From the NCBI RefSeq assembly GCF_009914755.1, contig NC_060941.1: 64,000 bases of DNA; one strand, 5' to 3'. This document shows positions 28,061 to 43,231 of this stretch, piece after piece (the stretch's first letter is position 1; the number at the start of each line of letters is the position of its first letter). This DNA comes from the human T2T-CHM13v2.0 reference genome, Homo sapiens. A program made the translations under genes and the position numbers. Under the pieces are notes generated by a model. It worked only from the letters and a program-made list of their open reading frames with translations. It was not told where the DNA came from and searched no databases.

Positions 28061-30137
28061 AAATCTTAGGGAATCACAGACTCGTAAAATATCAGAGTTG
28101 GAAGGGATCTTAGATAGCATCAACTCAAGCGCTCCTGTCACCGTGGGAAGACTAGAGCTTGAAGCCAGGTCAGTCTTAAGGCACTTCTCACAGCTCCACG
28201 TGGGCTCCTGGGGCAGCTGTCCAGCAGAAGAAAGACATTAGAGGGAAGTCAGTGAGGTATCACCAGTGTTAGCATTCGCCTCTTCTGGCTCAGACTACTC
28301 TTCCCTTTTTTTCCTCAGGGTCTGTTTTAAGCCATGGTGTCATATTTATGAGCCACGGGGTATTTACCAAGAAGAAAATGTCAGGAAAACAAAGATCCAA
28401 TCTAGCACCCTTTCTTCCTCTTGAAAAACAGACAAGAAACCAGGTAGTTTGCAAAGGGCACAGGTTTTGTGTGTGTGCATGTGTGTGCACATGTGCACTC
28501 TCCTGTAGTAATTGCTTTGGGAAGCTTGGGATAAGACGCACACACTACACCATGTGATATTGATTTCTCTTCAGCACAGCTATGACCCTGAGGCTTATAC
28601 TGCCTTAAGAGAGGGCTAGGCTGGGGATTGTGTGAATTATTTCCTAGTCTCGCCCGCTGTTTCCAGTAGAATTAGCTGCCATGTGGTGAGCGCATGTTTT
28701 TGAAAGATTCTTGGTAGGAGGTAGCATGCGGCTCAGGTCAACTGATTTGAGCAGCCTTCTAGGCAGGGGAGCAGAGCCGTGAGTGACTAAACCCAAACCA
28801 GACCCAGAAGCTGGGGCACTGGCCAACCCCGCCTCCAGATAGGGACGAAGGTGCATTCCCTGGCGTCTCCCTTGGCGTCCCCCTTGGTTGTATTTGATTT
28901 GAACAGAATCCAGCTCTCCTCAAAATGAAAAAGGAGTGGCAGCTTCCAAGTTGCCTCTAACTTTAATTTGGGGAAGAATAACATCTTTTCTCTGTTGTAC
29001 AGACACACATCACCACATCAGAGCAAATGCCCCCAAAGCTCCATTCTGATTTCTGGCTTGGAAAAGTTCTTGATGTTTCACGGAAAACCTTCCCACATCC
29101 TACCACACCCATCTTGTTCTTCCACCCACCTCAGGCATCTTCTGCCTCATTACTGAGGTATTATTAATGGAACGGGAAATTGGCAAAGAAATTCTTGTCA
29201 ATGGCTGGCCAGAGCCGCCCACCCAATGCCATCTGCCCAGCCTCAAGCCATCCTGGTTTGTGTGGCTCAGGAGATTCCAACTCAGATTGGAGGTGATGCC
29301 AGGGAGGGCCCTGTTGGGATACTTTGTTCGGGCACAAGAGCCCTCCTTGGTTTACCTTGGAGTAATTAAGCCCTGATAATGCTTGAGACAGAGATTGTGT
29401 AAGCATCTCTTTCCATGGCTTCTATCACATCCCTGGGCACATATCAGAGATTCAACAAACATTTGTTGAATAAATGAGCAGATGGCTTGGGACTTGTCTT
29501 GCTTTCAGATATATAGTCTTTCTTGGTCTATTGTTGTGGTTACACACGTGTCTGTGTTTACTTTAACTTCCAGCCATGTTCACCATTTGAGGATTTCATG
29601 GGGAGGCAGGACAGGGGATAAGATGCCGTCTTCAATGTTAGAAAAATCCCTTTTCTTCTTTGTGGAGTCTCTTCCCCGCCTCCACCTGTTGCCTGCGGTG
29701 ATGCTCTCGGACTTACTAAAAGTGAAAGACTAATGCCAGACCTGATTTCAGGCAGACATATATTTCAGGCTGAGTTACACCTGGGCCTTTTGGGAAGCAT
29801 AGACAGACAGAAAGAAGAGGAAAGGTCAAGTCCAGGTAATGGAGTAAAATTTGGGCCTGGTTCCAACATTCAAGGCTTCCATGTATCCATGGGCAGTTTG
29901 GATATTTCATATGTGCCAGCAGAGGGGATCTGTTGGCACTCATATTCAGCCTACATACACTATTCTTGACACTACACACTCTGTCACAGGTCGTGTCCAC
30001 AAGGAGGAAGAAGCATCGTTTTTGTAGCACAAGGACAGTAACCAATCACGAAGCTGGGCATCTGCTCATTGGGGATAGTATGTCTTTCTCTAATTTGCAC
30101 AAAGTCTTCATATATGGCAATGTGGCCTGAAAACTCA

Positions 30138-30628
<491 letters not shown>

Positions 30629-31796
30629 AAACTAGTGTACTTGTATTTATACCAAAATGCCTTCTCCTTTTCTCCTGATAGTTGAGTAGAGAAACGAGCT
30701 TTCTGAGTGAATCCCTTCTTTCATTTTCTAGGCCTAGTGTGGTAGACAGGCATGTAACCACTGCTTGGCCAATTAAACCCTTCCCCTCCCATCTCCGTTT
30801 CTCTGACTTTGCATGGAAAGGAGGGAGGCATAATAATGTGACCTGCAGTGTCTTCCCCATTTTGAGGTATGGGCTGGGAAGGGAAATTGGGAAGGTTAGA
30901 AATGCTCCGGGTGAATTCACCTTCTCCTTCAAATTGGCCACATCACCTCCCGTGACTTCCTGACCTTCCTCTCCCAGTTTCTAGGAAGTCTTCTTATTGC
31001 TCCTTATAAATTGACTACTAAAGCATGGGTGGCTCTAAGTACTAGACATAGCCCATAAATCTAAAGCCAAGGAGACCTCCCACTAGTAGTTCCCACGGTC
31101 ATCCCCAGTCCTCAACTTCCTCATCTCTAAAATAGAAGTGCCCATTGATATGGCCCTAGGATATAAGATGGGCCTGGGAGAACCTGTGTCTAGTCTACAG
31201 AGTTCCTGGGCTCCCGAGGCACCTAACATCACAGGCATTGTGCCAGGAAAGCCTTTTGATGTCCTCCTGGCTCTGTTCTTTTCTTGTTTTATAAGCTATA
31301 CATCATCAAAGACTCAGCACTTGTTCCTTTTAGACATCACAACTCACCCTTTTCGCTCCTATCCAGATCCCCCTTTTCCTCCTTAACTCTTCCTTAATTT
31401 ATAGACTTCCATGTAAAGAGAGCTACAAACAAACTGACATTTCTGAATGATGGCACATTCTTTAAATCAAAATTCAGGCTCACAGCAGTATCACATGAGC
31501 AAAGGATAATTCTCCCCTCACGGCACGGGCCAGGCTTCAGAGGAGATTCAGTTTGCAATGTGGAATCCAGCTTGATCCTCATTTTACCTCCTCGGCCTCC
31601 CACATAATGTAAAAGCAACATCAGTTTTTTTCTCGAGTTGGAACAAAAGTCTCTTAGATTTGCTCTCTTTACTTAATCATCTTTAGGTATGTATGAAATT
31701 GGTAAGTGAATGACAAAAACAAAAACAGGTTGGTGAGGTTGAGAGTTCATGGTTCTTTACCTAATGTCCAGAAAGGCACTGCCCCGAGACACTCTG

Positions 31797-31839
31797 ATGT
31801 GTGTGTGTGTGTGTGCATGCGTGTGCGTGTGTGCACACA
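31797..31839. repeat. Alternating purine-pyrimidine (TG/CG/CA) tract
   Basis: (TG)9 followed by mixed alternating dinucleotides. Confidence 0.85.
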
Positions 31840-32165
31840 GTAGTATATTCAGAAACGTTTCTTTCCTCCTAATACTCAGTGACTAGGAAGAACAAATTGA
31901 GAGCTCCATACATTAAAAAGAAACTTTAGAACACAGATGTCAAAGAAGAGTAGTTTGAGACAAAGGCATAAATATGAAATGTCTTACATGCTTTGTAATT
32001 GAAAGAAAGATAAAATGATGTTTAATAGGAATGACAGAGTCACAAATAATTTAGTAATAAATTATAGTCATATAAAGAAGGAGGAGGAGGGATGGGTTGA
32101 AGGGAGTCAGAAACCAGAAGAAATGTTACGGAAGGATGGGGGTAGCAGAGGGGAGGTAGAGAGTA

Positions 32166-32574
32166 TGTCTTAGTCTGTTTTGTGTTGCTATAAAGGAATA
32201 CCTGAGAATGGGTAATGCATAAAGAAAAGAGGTTTATTTGGCTCACAGTTCTGCAGGCTGTACAGGAAGCAGAGCGCCAGCATCTGCTTCTGGGGAAGGC
32301 CTCAGCATGCTTCCATTCATGTGAAAGGGGAGCAGGCGTCACATAGTGGGAGAGGAGGAAAGAGAGAGAGGAAGAGGTGCCAGGCTCTTTTTAACAATTG
32401 GATCTCAGGGGAACTAATAGGGTGAGAACTCACTCATTACCACGAGGACGGTACCAAACCGTTCATGAGGAATCCGTCCTCTGACCCAAACATCTCCCAT
32501 CAGGCCCCACCTCCAACACTGGGAATCACATTTTAACATGAGATTTGGAGGGGACAAATATCCAAACTACATCA
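32166..32574 (-). mobile_element. MSTB-like MaLR solo LTR
   Basis: TGTCTTAGTCTGTTTTGTGTTGCTATAAAGGAATACCTGAG..GGAGGGGACAAATATCCAAACTACATCA. Confidence 0.9.
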
Positions 32575-33228
32575 GACTGTGAAAAGAGAAAGAGGAAGAT
32601 GGAAAGAGACAGACAACAAAGATAACAAAGACCCAAGACACAAAGACCCATTCAATTTTTCTATTGATAGTTTTTGAGCAGAGCTCAAAATGATTTTTCC
32701 ACCAGAGTTCTACATTGTGCCAGACCCTTCCCCACGTGTTACTTTCACTGCCTCTCCCCACAAAGCCAGCATAGATGGATAATGGAACTTGACTATGGAT
32801 GGAGCAAAGCAGGAAGCTGAGGTCTGCAAAGGTAGAAAGGAGAGCAATACTAGGTGTACCCGGTAGGAAGGTGCTGTGTGAGGGAAGGAGGGTTTCTCAG
32901 CACCATAACCCATGTGGCTGAAGGTGCTCTGGGCTGCCCAGGCAGATGTGCACCCTCGACCGGCAACCTTGCAAGGGTTAAGTCCTACAGGTTGCGCCTC
33001 TGGCTAAACAATTTTCCACTGCTGTGATGAAATTTCAAGTGACTGCTGGGTAGCTGGAGGTTTAGAGAAAGCTGGGCTGAAGATGAAGTCATTTTTATGA
33101 GAATCACTTATTTTTTCTTAATTATTATAAATGCATACACCATGATACCTCACTTCCCACAACCAAAATTTGGTAAGCCTGGGAAGGACCCAGGAATATA
33201 AATTTTTGAGGCACCCTGTAAGTGATTC

Positions 33229-33500
33229 TTTTTTTTTTTTTTTATGGAGACTTCTGTCACCCAGGTTGGAGTGCAGTGGCACGATTGCAGCCTCAACCTC
33301 CTGGGCTCAAGTGCTCCTCCCACCTCAGCCTCCTAAGTAGGTAGGACCACAGGGGCATACCACCATGCACAGCTATTTTTTGTAGAGAGGTGGTTTTGCC
33401 GTGTTGCCCAGGCTGGTCTTGAAATCCTGAGCTAAAGCAATCCACCTGCCTCGGCCTCCCAAAGTTCTGGGGTTACAGGTGTGAGCCACAACCCCTGGCC
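33229..33500 (-). mobile_element. AluJ (internally shortened)
   Basis: Antisense J-type Alu, apparently inside a MER5-like relic. Confidence 0.85.
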
Positions 33501-33794
33501 CCAACTAATTCTGATGCAGGAAATCCTAGGCTGAAACTGAAGGCCCCCATTCATTGCATGTTTCAAGCCCAGCTTCTGCTTTTAGGTTCCATGATCGCAG
33601 AAACATTAGACTCTGAAAAAAGTCACAAGAGGGGTTGGAAGGTGTTAGGAAATGATGAGTGTCATTGATAACTTTAAGGCCATTACTTCCTCTAGATTTA
33701 TTTGCTTTCTTTGTGTAGTAGACTGTTAATGACCCTCCCATAGATTTTGACCAACTCTGGAAAAAAATCAAAAAACTTTCTTCTGCATCGTAGG

Positions 33795-34129
33795 TGTGTA
33801 TTTCCTGTATACTCTAAAATACACCCTCCCTAAAACCCTGTTTCTGCCTGAGTGTTTTTACCTGGCCTCTAGGGTATTCTCAGTCGGTGCTGGAGCTTGC
33901 CAGAAGCACCAGAGAGTTATCCCTAGGATGGACTCTCATGCAGAGATAAATGGGAGTTGGTGGATAAATACCCCAGCTTCCTTGCCTCCTGAAGAGACAA
34001 TTCTGAAGCATCTTCTATTCGGTCTATAAAAAGTCCCAGCTGCCCACGCAGGAAGTCACTCAATCATGTAAACAACTTACACCCAAATCATTGTCCTAGA
34101 ATCTACCTGGGGGGAACCAAAACTAATAC
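33795..34129 (+). mobile_element. LTR16-like (ERVL) LTR
   Basis: GGGAGTTGGTGGATAAATACCCCAGCTTCCT..ACAATTCTGA..GGGGAACC.AAACTAA. Confidence 0.7.
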
Positions 34130-34187
34130 TTTCTAAAAAAAATTTTTAAATGCTCCTTGTAGCCTTGCATACATTTTCAAATACAGC

Positions 34188-34651
34188 TGTAGGGGAGGAG
34201 AAACAGCTTTTCCTCACCCATCCCTAGGTTCACAAGAGAAAAGCATACACATTTATTTAATATAAGTTTTATGTGACATGGGAGCCTTCATAAGCAAATG
34301 AAAACCCAAAGAAACAGTTAAACTTGTGTATTTTTATACAAAGTTTGGTGAAGAGCGGGTAGTTGTGAAGAACTATAATTGGACAAAGGGGGTCTGATCT
34401 AAGGGTAATAAACTGGGGGAAACTCAGCAAGGTCTGTGTGTTCAGCTTCCTTTCTTTGATTCTGTGTCTTCAAAGACAAGAAAGTTCCTTTCCTCTGGGT
34501 ACAGGAAGGGCACCTCCGGAATGAGAATCCTATGACCCGCTTCAGGAAAGAAGAGTTAGGGGGTGGGAAATCAGAGGGAATTTCCTGATTCTGCTGTTTT
34601 CTCAAATGCCAACATGCCATATTTTGGGGTAGCATGTCCTGAACCCCATCA
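34188..34651 (-). mobile_element. ERV1 MER34-clade solo LTR (copy A)
   Basis: Reverse strand TGATGGGGTTCAGGACATGCTACCCCAAAATATGG..CTCCCCTACA; 4-bp flanks CAGC/TGGC. Confidence 0.85.
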
Positions 34652-36109
34652 TGGCCAAGATGTGTGTCAGCAAAAACAGTCAGGGCATAATAAAAATTTG
34701 CTTAACCATAAGTTAGAAAAACAAACAAACAAACAAAGAGAAATTTAGTAACAACACTGCAAACTCCCTAGCTGCTGTACATATTTCCTTGTCATCTTAG
34801 AATTCAGATAACTGCTCAACCAAAATTGCACCTAAGAGACCAAAAAGATTTCTTTATTAAAACGCCTCATTTACATCTCATTAAAGTTTGATCAAGGGGT
34901 ACACTATTATTTGAACTTGACATTGCCTTGGCCTGTAGGTGACCAGTGGTGCTCCCACAATTTTCAGTACCTGAGCTCCTCCAACTCCGTAATCAACTGG
35001 TGCAGAGCTTCACACAGCCACGAGATTACATTGTCACCCCATGGCGTTCCCTTGCATTTGAAATGGGCTTTATAGAGCTTCCATATATGTTATCTTGCTT
35101 GTGCTAAATAACCATCTTGTGGAGCAGTCAGGGCACGCTGCTCTATTCTCTATTCTGTGGAAATAGAGGGTTAGAGAAGGCAAATAGTTTGACCAAAGTC
35201 AAAATGAGGAAGTGTCCATTATTCATTCATTCATTTGCTGGGCAGTTAGTTCAAGCTAAACAGCCTTTCCTAAGCCTGCAGAAAGAATGCTCTATGCAAA
35301 ATTGTTTTCTAGACATTTTTCTTTTTTGCATTCTATTAAATGGTGGATACTTTTTATTAAACAGATTCACCCCATGAAGTCATAGGTCTTCAAAACCCTA
35401 TCTACAAATTGTAGAGAAGTAAATCACCTCTGCCTCTTCTTCCCTATTGTCAGTTTGTCAGTAGCAGAATTCCAGAGATGGTGAGCAACCAGGATGATCC
35501 CCAGGTTCTTTGCCACTTCCAACAGGCAAGACCAACCCTCAGCCCTCCTCCTGCCCCCTCCCCGTGCCTGCTGGTGCCCATTTTTTTGAGCCCTCAGGTC
35601 TTGTGGGAGCCTTGCTCTCCAGGCCACTCTGTAGGAACACTCACTCATTCCGACCACTCCCAGCCTCCTTCACCCTTCCAACAATGAGCGTTTATAGCTG
35701 CAGCACTGCAGCTGGGAGCCATAAGGCACGAATGAACGTGTGTCCATAGTTTGGAGCCGATTTTTGTCAGGAATGTACTAAACACTTCATAAATTAAGTC
35801 CTTGGCGATCAAGCTACCTCGATATCAGATTAGTCATCGCTAACCATTCCCTGCACAAAACCCAGGGGACAGATACACCGGATGGTGCCAGGATTTTTCT
35901 TTTTCTTTCTTGTTCTTTTTAATAGAAAATGTGTGCAGAGGAATGAGCCACCCATCCTGCACTGCACAATACAGATGTGTGTGATACACATTCCCCCTGG
36001 TTTTCACAGCTCTCCAGCCTTACTGTCCTTTTCTCAACATATCCTGTGTGCAGAATGGCTTTTGGCAGAGTGGGAGAGGCTGGCAAAGACCCTGCCTGCC
36101 TTGGACTCT

Positions 36110-36330
36110 CCGCAGGCTTTGGCTATGCCAGGAACTGTTGTCAAGACTGTGTACGCTTAGAGGAATTCAGTCCTTACTACAGTCTTATGAGGGACTTACT
36201 GATACTGTCCTCATTTGACAGCTGAGGAAGCTCAAGGACTTGAGTAACTTATCCAAGGCTGTGTAACTAGTTCATGGCAGAGCAAGGATTCATTCCACCT
36301 GCCAGGGCCCCCAGCCACCCACTGCAGTAC
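36110..36330 (-). mobile_element. MIR
   Basis: TGCCAGGAACTG..TGACAGCTGAGGAAGCTCA..AACTTATCCAAGG..TGGCAGAGC. Confidence 0.65.
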
Positions 36331-37079
36331 CTCTGCTCAGGTACCTCGACCCATAGTCAGAGCTACTCTGCAGGCACAACAGGGCAGGAGATGTTGGGGT
36401 AGGGGTGCTAATCTCAGTCCCGTAATGCCTTCTTATTCATTTATTGATGCAATAAACATAGGTACTCAGGACCTAGCAGCAGTTTCTGCTACTTTATTAA
36501 ATTATATTGAAATATATAATTACTTTACTCCAATATATAAGTAATGCAAAGTAACTCAAATATATATTCCAATAAACAAAGTAATTCAAGGCACAGCTTC
36601 CCTCATTGAACAGAAGGTGGGCTACAAAAGGCCAAATCCCCCATCTCTAGAGGTGGCTCTGAGGCACTCTTCAAACAAGGTCACTATGAGACATAAATTG
36701 ATATTTTTCCATGTATATTTAGGAGGCATAGGTATTGCATAGGGGTAAGGGTGGAGCAGGGTGACAATGGCACCAGTTGTTGTGTTTTCTTCAATTTTCT
36801 GGAACCACTGAGCTCTGAACACAAATTCACATGATTCTTGATGCATCGGAGTTACTTAAATGACAGGAAAGGTTAAAAACGAAGTGTGCCGTGCAGGACC
36901 ATGGAACATTTCTGTATCCCATGTAAACCACGGGTGCAATGGGAATAGTTCAAAGAAAATAGATGTTAGTAACTCACGTACACTGTGTTCCTCTGCAGGG
37001 ATTCCCTAGGAAAAGCACAGTTATAGCTATGCACAGCTTATTGACAGCTGTTCTTAAGAGTAATAACATTGAATTCCCT

Positions 37080-37600
37080 AGTATGCTTTTGCCTGCAAAT
37101 GAGAAGAACATAACTTAAACTAGCTTAGACAGAAAGGAAATTTATTGACTTTCACAAGCAGGGAGCAGCAATTGATCTGGCTGGAGCACAGTGAAGACTA
37201 AAGGTGTTGTCATCCTCTTTCCTCTCTTTCTTTCTCTCTTTCCTGTCTCTGCTTCCTAATACATACTGATCAATTTCTCCCATCCTGCAGGTGGATAACC
37301 TGCGTATGCATCCTGGGTTAGGGAGCTGCCATCAGCTCCAGCTGCCCATTTTCCCAATACCTAGATTTCAAAGCCAAGAATAACTTTCTTGCTAGCTCCA
37401 GCGGAGAAGTCTTGGGACCTGGTTGGCTTGGATTGAGTCACATGCCCAGCTCTGAAATAATCTCCAGAGTCACTTGTTCTCTGACTAGCTTAGGTCACAT
37501 GCTTGCCTTTGGGAGAGGGCAGTGGGTACCAAGATTTTCATCCTGCTGGGAGCACAGTAGGAAAGGGATTGTTTCTCAGAGGAAAGGAAGGAAAGCCATA
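37080..37600 (-). mobile_element. Old MLT1 (J/K/L-like) LTR
   Basis: AAACTAGCTTA..GGAAATTTATTG, TTGAGTCACATGCCC, CTTAGGTCACATGC. Confidence 0.6.
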
Positions 37601-37615
37601 TATTCACTACAAATT

Positions 37616-37913
37616 ACTATTATTATTATTTGAGATGGAATTTCGCTCTTTTACCCAGGCTGGAGTGAAGTGGTGCGATCTTGGCTCACTGCAACCTCTG
37701 TCTCCTAGAGTTCAAGTGCTTCTCCTGCCTCAGCCTCCAGAGTAGCTGGGATTATAAGCACCTGCCATCATACCTGGCTACTTTTTTTGTTTTTAGTAGA
37801 GATGGGGTTTCACAGTGTTGGCCAGGCTGTTTTGGAATTCCTAACCTCAGGTGATCCAACTGCCTCAGCCTCCCAAAGTGCTGGGATTACAGGCGTGAGG
37901 CACCACACCCAGT
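37616..37913 (-). mobile_element. AluS
   Basis: Antisense Alu with (TAT)n tail. Confidence 0.9.
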
Positions 37914-37920
37914 CTACAAA

Positions 37921-38230
37921 TTTTTTTTTATTTTTTGGGGACACGGTCTCGCTCTGTCAGGCTGGAGTGCAGTTGCACGATCACGGTTCACTGTAGCCTC
38001 AGCATTCCCAGGTTCAGGTGATCCTCCCACCTCAGCTTCCCGAGTAGCTGGGACTACACATGTGCACCACTGTGCTCAGCTCAGTTTTGTATTTTTTTTT
38101 TTTTTTTTTTGTAGAGATGAGGTTTCACTCTGTTACCCAGGCTGGTCTCAAACTTCTGGGCCCAAGCAATGCCCCCCGCCTCGGCCTCCCAAAGTGCTGA
38201 GATTGCAGGCATGAACCTCCGCGCCTGGCT
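37921..38230 (-). mobile_element. AluJ
   Basis: Antisense J-type Alu directly adjacent to the previous one. Confidence 0.9.
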
Positions 38231-38337
38231 ACTACAAATTATTTATAAACATTCCGTGACTAGAGTGACCAAGAGCCTGAGTTCTCTCATTATTTGATTT
38301 ATTACTCATTTGTAAAATCTCTGAGGTTATATACTAG

Positions 38338-39121
<784 letters not shown>

Positions 39122-39675
39122 GGGTATTGTAATCATAGGAGAGGTAAGCTGGCTAAGGAGGGGGCAGGATGAGGCTTAGGATGAAATTCTCCAGCTCTTT
39201 ACTTCCCGGAAGATACTCCCTCTCCCATTACAAAAATTCACGGTATTCCTAAACTTTTACTGAGAAGGAATCCTGGTCCAGGTATTATTTTAGTCAATGA
39301 GCCTTTGAGCAACAGAAAAGAAAATGTTTAAATCTAGATTTCAACTACTTTCTTTACTAGGGATAAAACTGATCTAAAGTTTCACCTTAAATTTGACCAT
39401 CTCATCTTAAATAGTTTCGGTGGCTTTCTATTGTCTAAAGATTTAGATCTAATAGATCTGGAAGGAAAGCCCAGGAAGCTGAGTCACAAATAGACCTTAG
39501 TTAGATAATTCTGATACAGGCCACGCTTTGAAAAATGCTGGCCCATGGGATAAGAATTACACTCATAAGTATATTACACAAAGTTCTCTGTGATCTGTGT
39601 CTTGCTTCCCTTTTCTGTCTTTTCTTCCATGACCCCTCTGACTCCTCAACAAACATTGCTCTTTAGAAACTCCTT

Positions 39676-39988
<313 letters not shown>

Positions 39989-39989
39989 G

Positions 39990-40470
39990 TGGGGGGGCTG
40001 CAAATTAAACTAACAGAAAAAATTAACAAGAGAAAAGAGACACAGTTTTATGTCCACAAGAGTTCACAGGAAAGAAATGGAACTCAAAATAGTGGTTAGA
40101 TTTGGGGGCTCATATGCCCTTTCAAGAGGTATATAAGAGGGTTTTGGTATGAAACAGAGCTTGGGCTAAAAAGGATGACACATTGTAGGGAAGTGTCTAG
40201 AAAATATATCAGGGACTAAAGGAAGACAAGGGCTATTCTAGTAAGATCCATTTATACCAACTTATCTTGGTGTTAATTCCCTGTCTTGAATAAGAAGAGC
40301 CACTCTTCTCTCTCTGGTAAAGGAGGATTACCTTCCTCAAGGGGAGATATGTCCTACTTTTCGCATATAAGGGGAGGGCAGGAAACTCTTTCTGCATCTA
40401 TTGATTCTTAGTTATCTTCAGGTTAAAATAATTCATATGCCAAAATAACATATTTTGGGGTGGCATATTC
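39990..40470 (-). mobile_element. ERV1 MER34-clade LTR (copy B)
   Basis: ATTAACAAGAGAAAA near one end and CATATTTTGGGGTGGCATATTC at the other. Confidence 0.75.
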
Positions 40471-40756
40471 AATTCTAATCAGGAAGATGGATAAAAATGT
40501 CAAGTAAAACAAATAATTACAAATTTTGGCAAGTCTTGCAAATGAAACAACTACAATATGGGAAATAGGTGGAGAACAAAGCAAGAGACACAGTTTGGAT
40601 ATGGTGGTCTTGGAAGGCCTCCCCGAGAAGGCGACATTTACACTGAGACCTGAAAGAGGAGAAGGAGCATCAGTGATCAATGAGGGAAGAGATCTTTATG
40701 CAGAGAAAGCAACATGGGAAAAGGCCTTGAGGTGTGAGAGACTGAAATACAGACTG

Positions 40757-41051
<295 letters not shown>

Positions 41052-41341
41052 GAAATACAGACTAGCCATGGCCAGACCACATAGAAAAATAGAACTCTGA
41101 TCTACAATCTGCAGCAACCTGCCCAAGAAACCATTTCATTAACCAGCCCAGAAAGCCATGCAACTTTCTGTAAGTCAGATTTATAGGAAGTCAGACCACT
41201 CACAATTGTTAACAATCAGAGAAGCCAAGCAAAATCCATATGACAATTGGCTTAAAATGGACAGGAATACATGAGGGGACTAAATGAAGATAAACGGCAG
41301 TTTACCTAAGTTTTGTTCCTGTTTCTAAATTAGGACCACTC

Positions 41342-41630
41342 TGCCAGGCACGGTGGCTCACACCTATAATACCAGCAATTTGGGAGGCCAAGGTGGGTGG
41401 ATCACTTGAAGTCAGGAGTCTGAGACCAGCCTGGCCAACATGGTGAAACCCTGTCTCTACTAAAAATACAAAAAATTAGCCAGGTGTGGTGGTGCATGCC
41501 TGTAATCCCAGCTACTTAGGAGGCTGAGGCAGGAGAATCACTTGAACCCAGGAGGCAGCGGTTGCAGTAAGCCAAGATTGCACCACTGCACTCTAGTCTG
41601 GGTGACAGAGTGAGACCCTGTCTTGAGCGA

Positions 41631-41665
<35 letters not shown>
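41342..41665 (+). mobile_element. AluS with (TAAA)n tail
   Basis: Full Alu; TSD AGGACCA. Confidence 0.9.
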
Positions 41666-42125
41666 GGACCAATCAAAGAAGGCTAAGCATGTTCCCCTAA
41701 CCAATCATAGGATGCCCCACTTTTAGCCTACCTGCAGCTTCCTTACGCCAACTGCCTCCAATCAGGGCACACGTGAAGCTTTCCCTTTTTCCATTGTAAA
41801 ACTGTCCCACTCTTCTTCCTGTCTCTGAGTCTCTGTCAAAATACAAGTGATGATGGCTAACTCCCTTCTAGCAAGCTTTAAGCAGCTAGCCTTTGCTTGC
41901 TGTCATTTGGTTGGTCTTCATTTATTTCCACAGGTGAAAAGGAGAAATAAGAAATCCAGGCATTGAGAAAGCACAGGGACTGAGCCTAGTGGGCTGTAGA
42001 GAGTGGGATGGGATGTGGCTGGACAGAGTGGGGTGGGGTGCAGCTGGAGAGAGTGAATGAGTGGAAGCCAGGTGAGGGAGGGCCATTAGTAGGGGCTAAA
42101 AGTTTATTCTAAATGCAATGGGAAG

Positions 42126-42466
42126 TGCTATGGTCTGAATGTCAATGTTCCCCCTCAAATTCATATGTTGATACTTAATTTCCAATGCAAGAGTAGTGAG
42201 AGATAAGGCCTCGGGAAGGTTATGCCCTCATGAATGGAATAAGGGCCCTTATGAAAGAGGCCCATGGAGGCTTGTTTGCCCCTTCTGCTGCGTAAGGGCA
42301 CGTAGAAGTTGCCATCTAAGAGAAAGTGGTCCCTCACCAGACACCGAATGTGCCGGTGTCTTGATCTTAGACTTCCTAGGCTCCAGAACCATGAGTAGTA
42401 AATTTCTGTTGTTTACAAATTACCTAATCTAAGGTGTTTCATTACAGCATCCTGAACAAACTTAAG
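42126..42466 (+). mobile_element. MLT1A/MSTD-like LTR
   Basis: TGCTATGGTCTGAATG..CCCTCACCAGACACCGAA..TTGATCTTAGACTTCC. Confidence 0.8.
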
Positions 42467-43231
42467 CCATTGAAGAGTTTTAAGCAGATAATATGCCACT
42501 CTGATTTACATTTTAAGATCACTCTTGCTCCGGAGCAAAGATGGAAAGGGTCAAAGATGGAACCAGGAAGATCTGTCTTGGGCCAGGAGGGCAGTGGAGG
42601 TCGAGACAGATGGGTAGATTTAAGATAGATTTTTGGTTCAGGCAGAGTGTGGTGTCATTTACAGAGATGGATATGATCGATGGTTGATGGACAATTAGCT
42701 ATTGATGGGAAAGAGGAGACATTTAATTTTGTGATACATCAAAGTACAGATGACAAGTAAGTAGTCAGATATTAAAGTCTGGAACTCAGAGGACTAATCT
42801 GAAATGAAAAATATATTTTGACATTATCAGCACATGGATAATTTTAACCATGAGAATTGATGAAATCTTCTAAGGAAAGAAATGGAAAGGAGATGGGCCC
42901 ATCCATCTGGTGATTTTACAGAGGAGGAAGAACCAACTAGACTGAGAGGTAGGAGGAAAAGCAAGGATAATATGGGACAAAGAAGCAAAGAGGGACAAGA
43001 GTGATTCACTGTCATGAATGTTTCTGAGAGGGCAAGATGAGACAGGGAAAGATCTGTCCATTGCCATTTGCCAAATAGAAGTCATTGTCAACTTTGTCGA
43101 GTGGTTTTTGGAGTGACAGAGATGCAAGCTGGATGGAAGGGGGCATAAGAATAGAAGTGAGAAAGTGGAGAAAGCATGGCTAACCCTCTTGCAAGGTCAG
43201 CTGAGAAGGAAAGTAGCAAAACATGGCAGAG

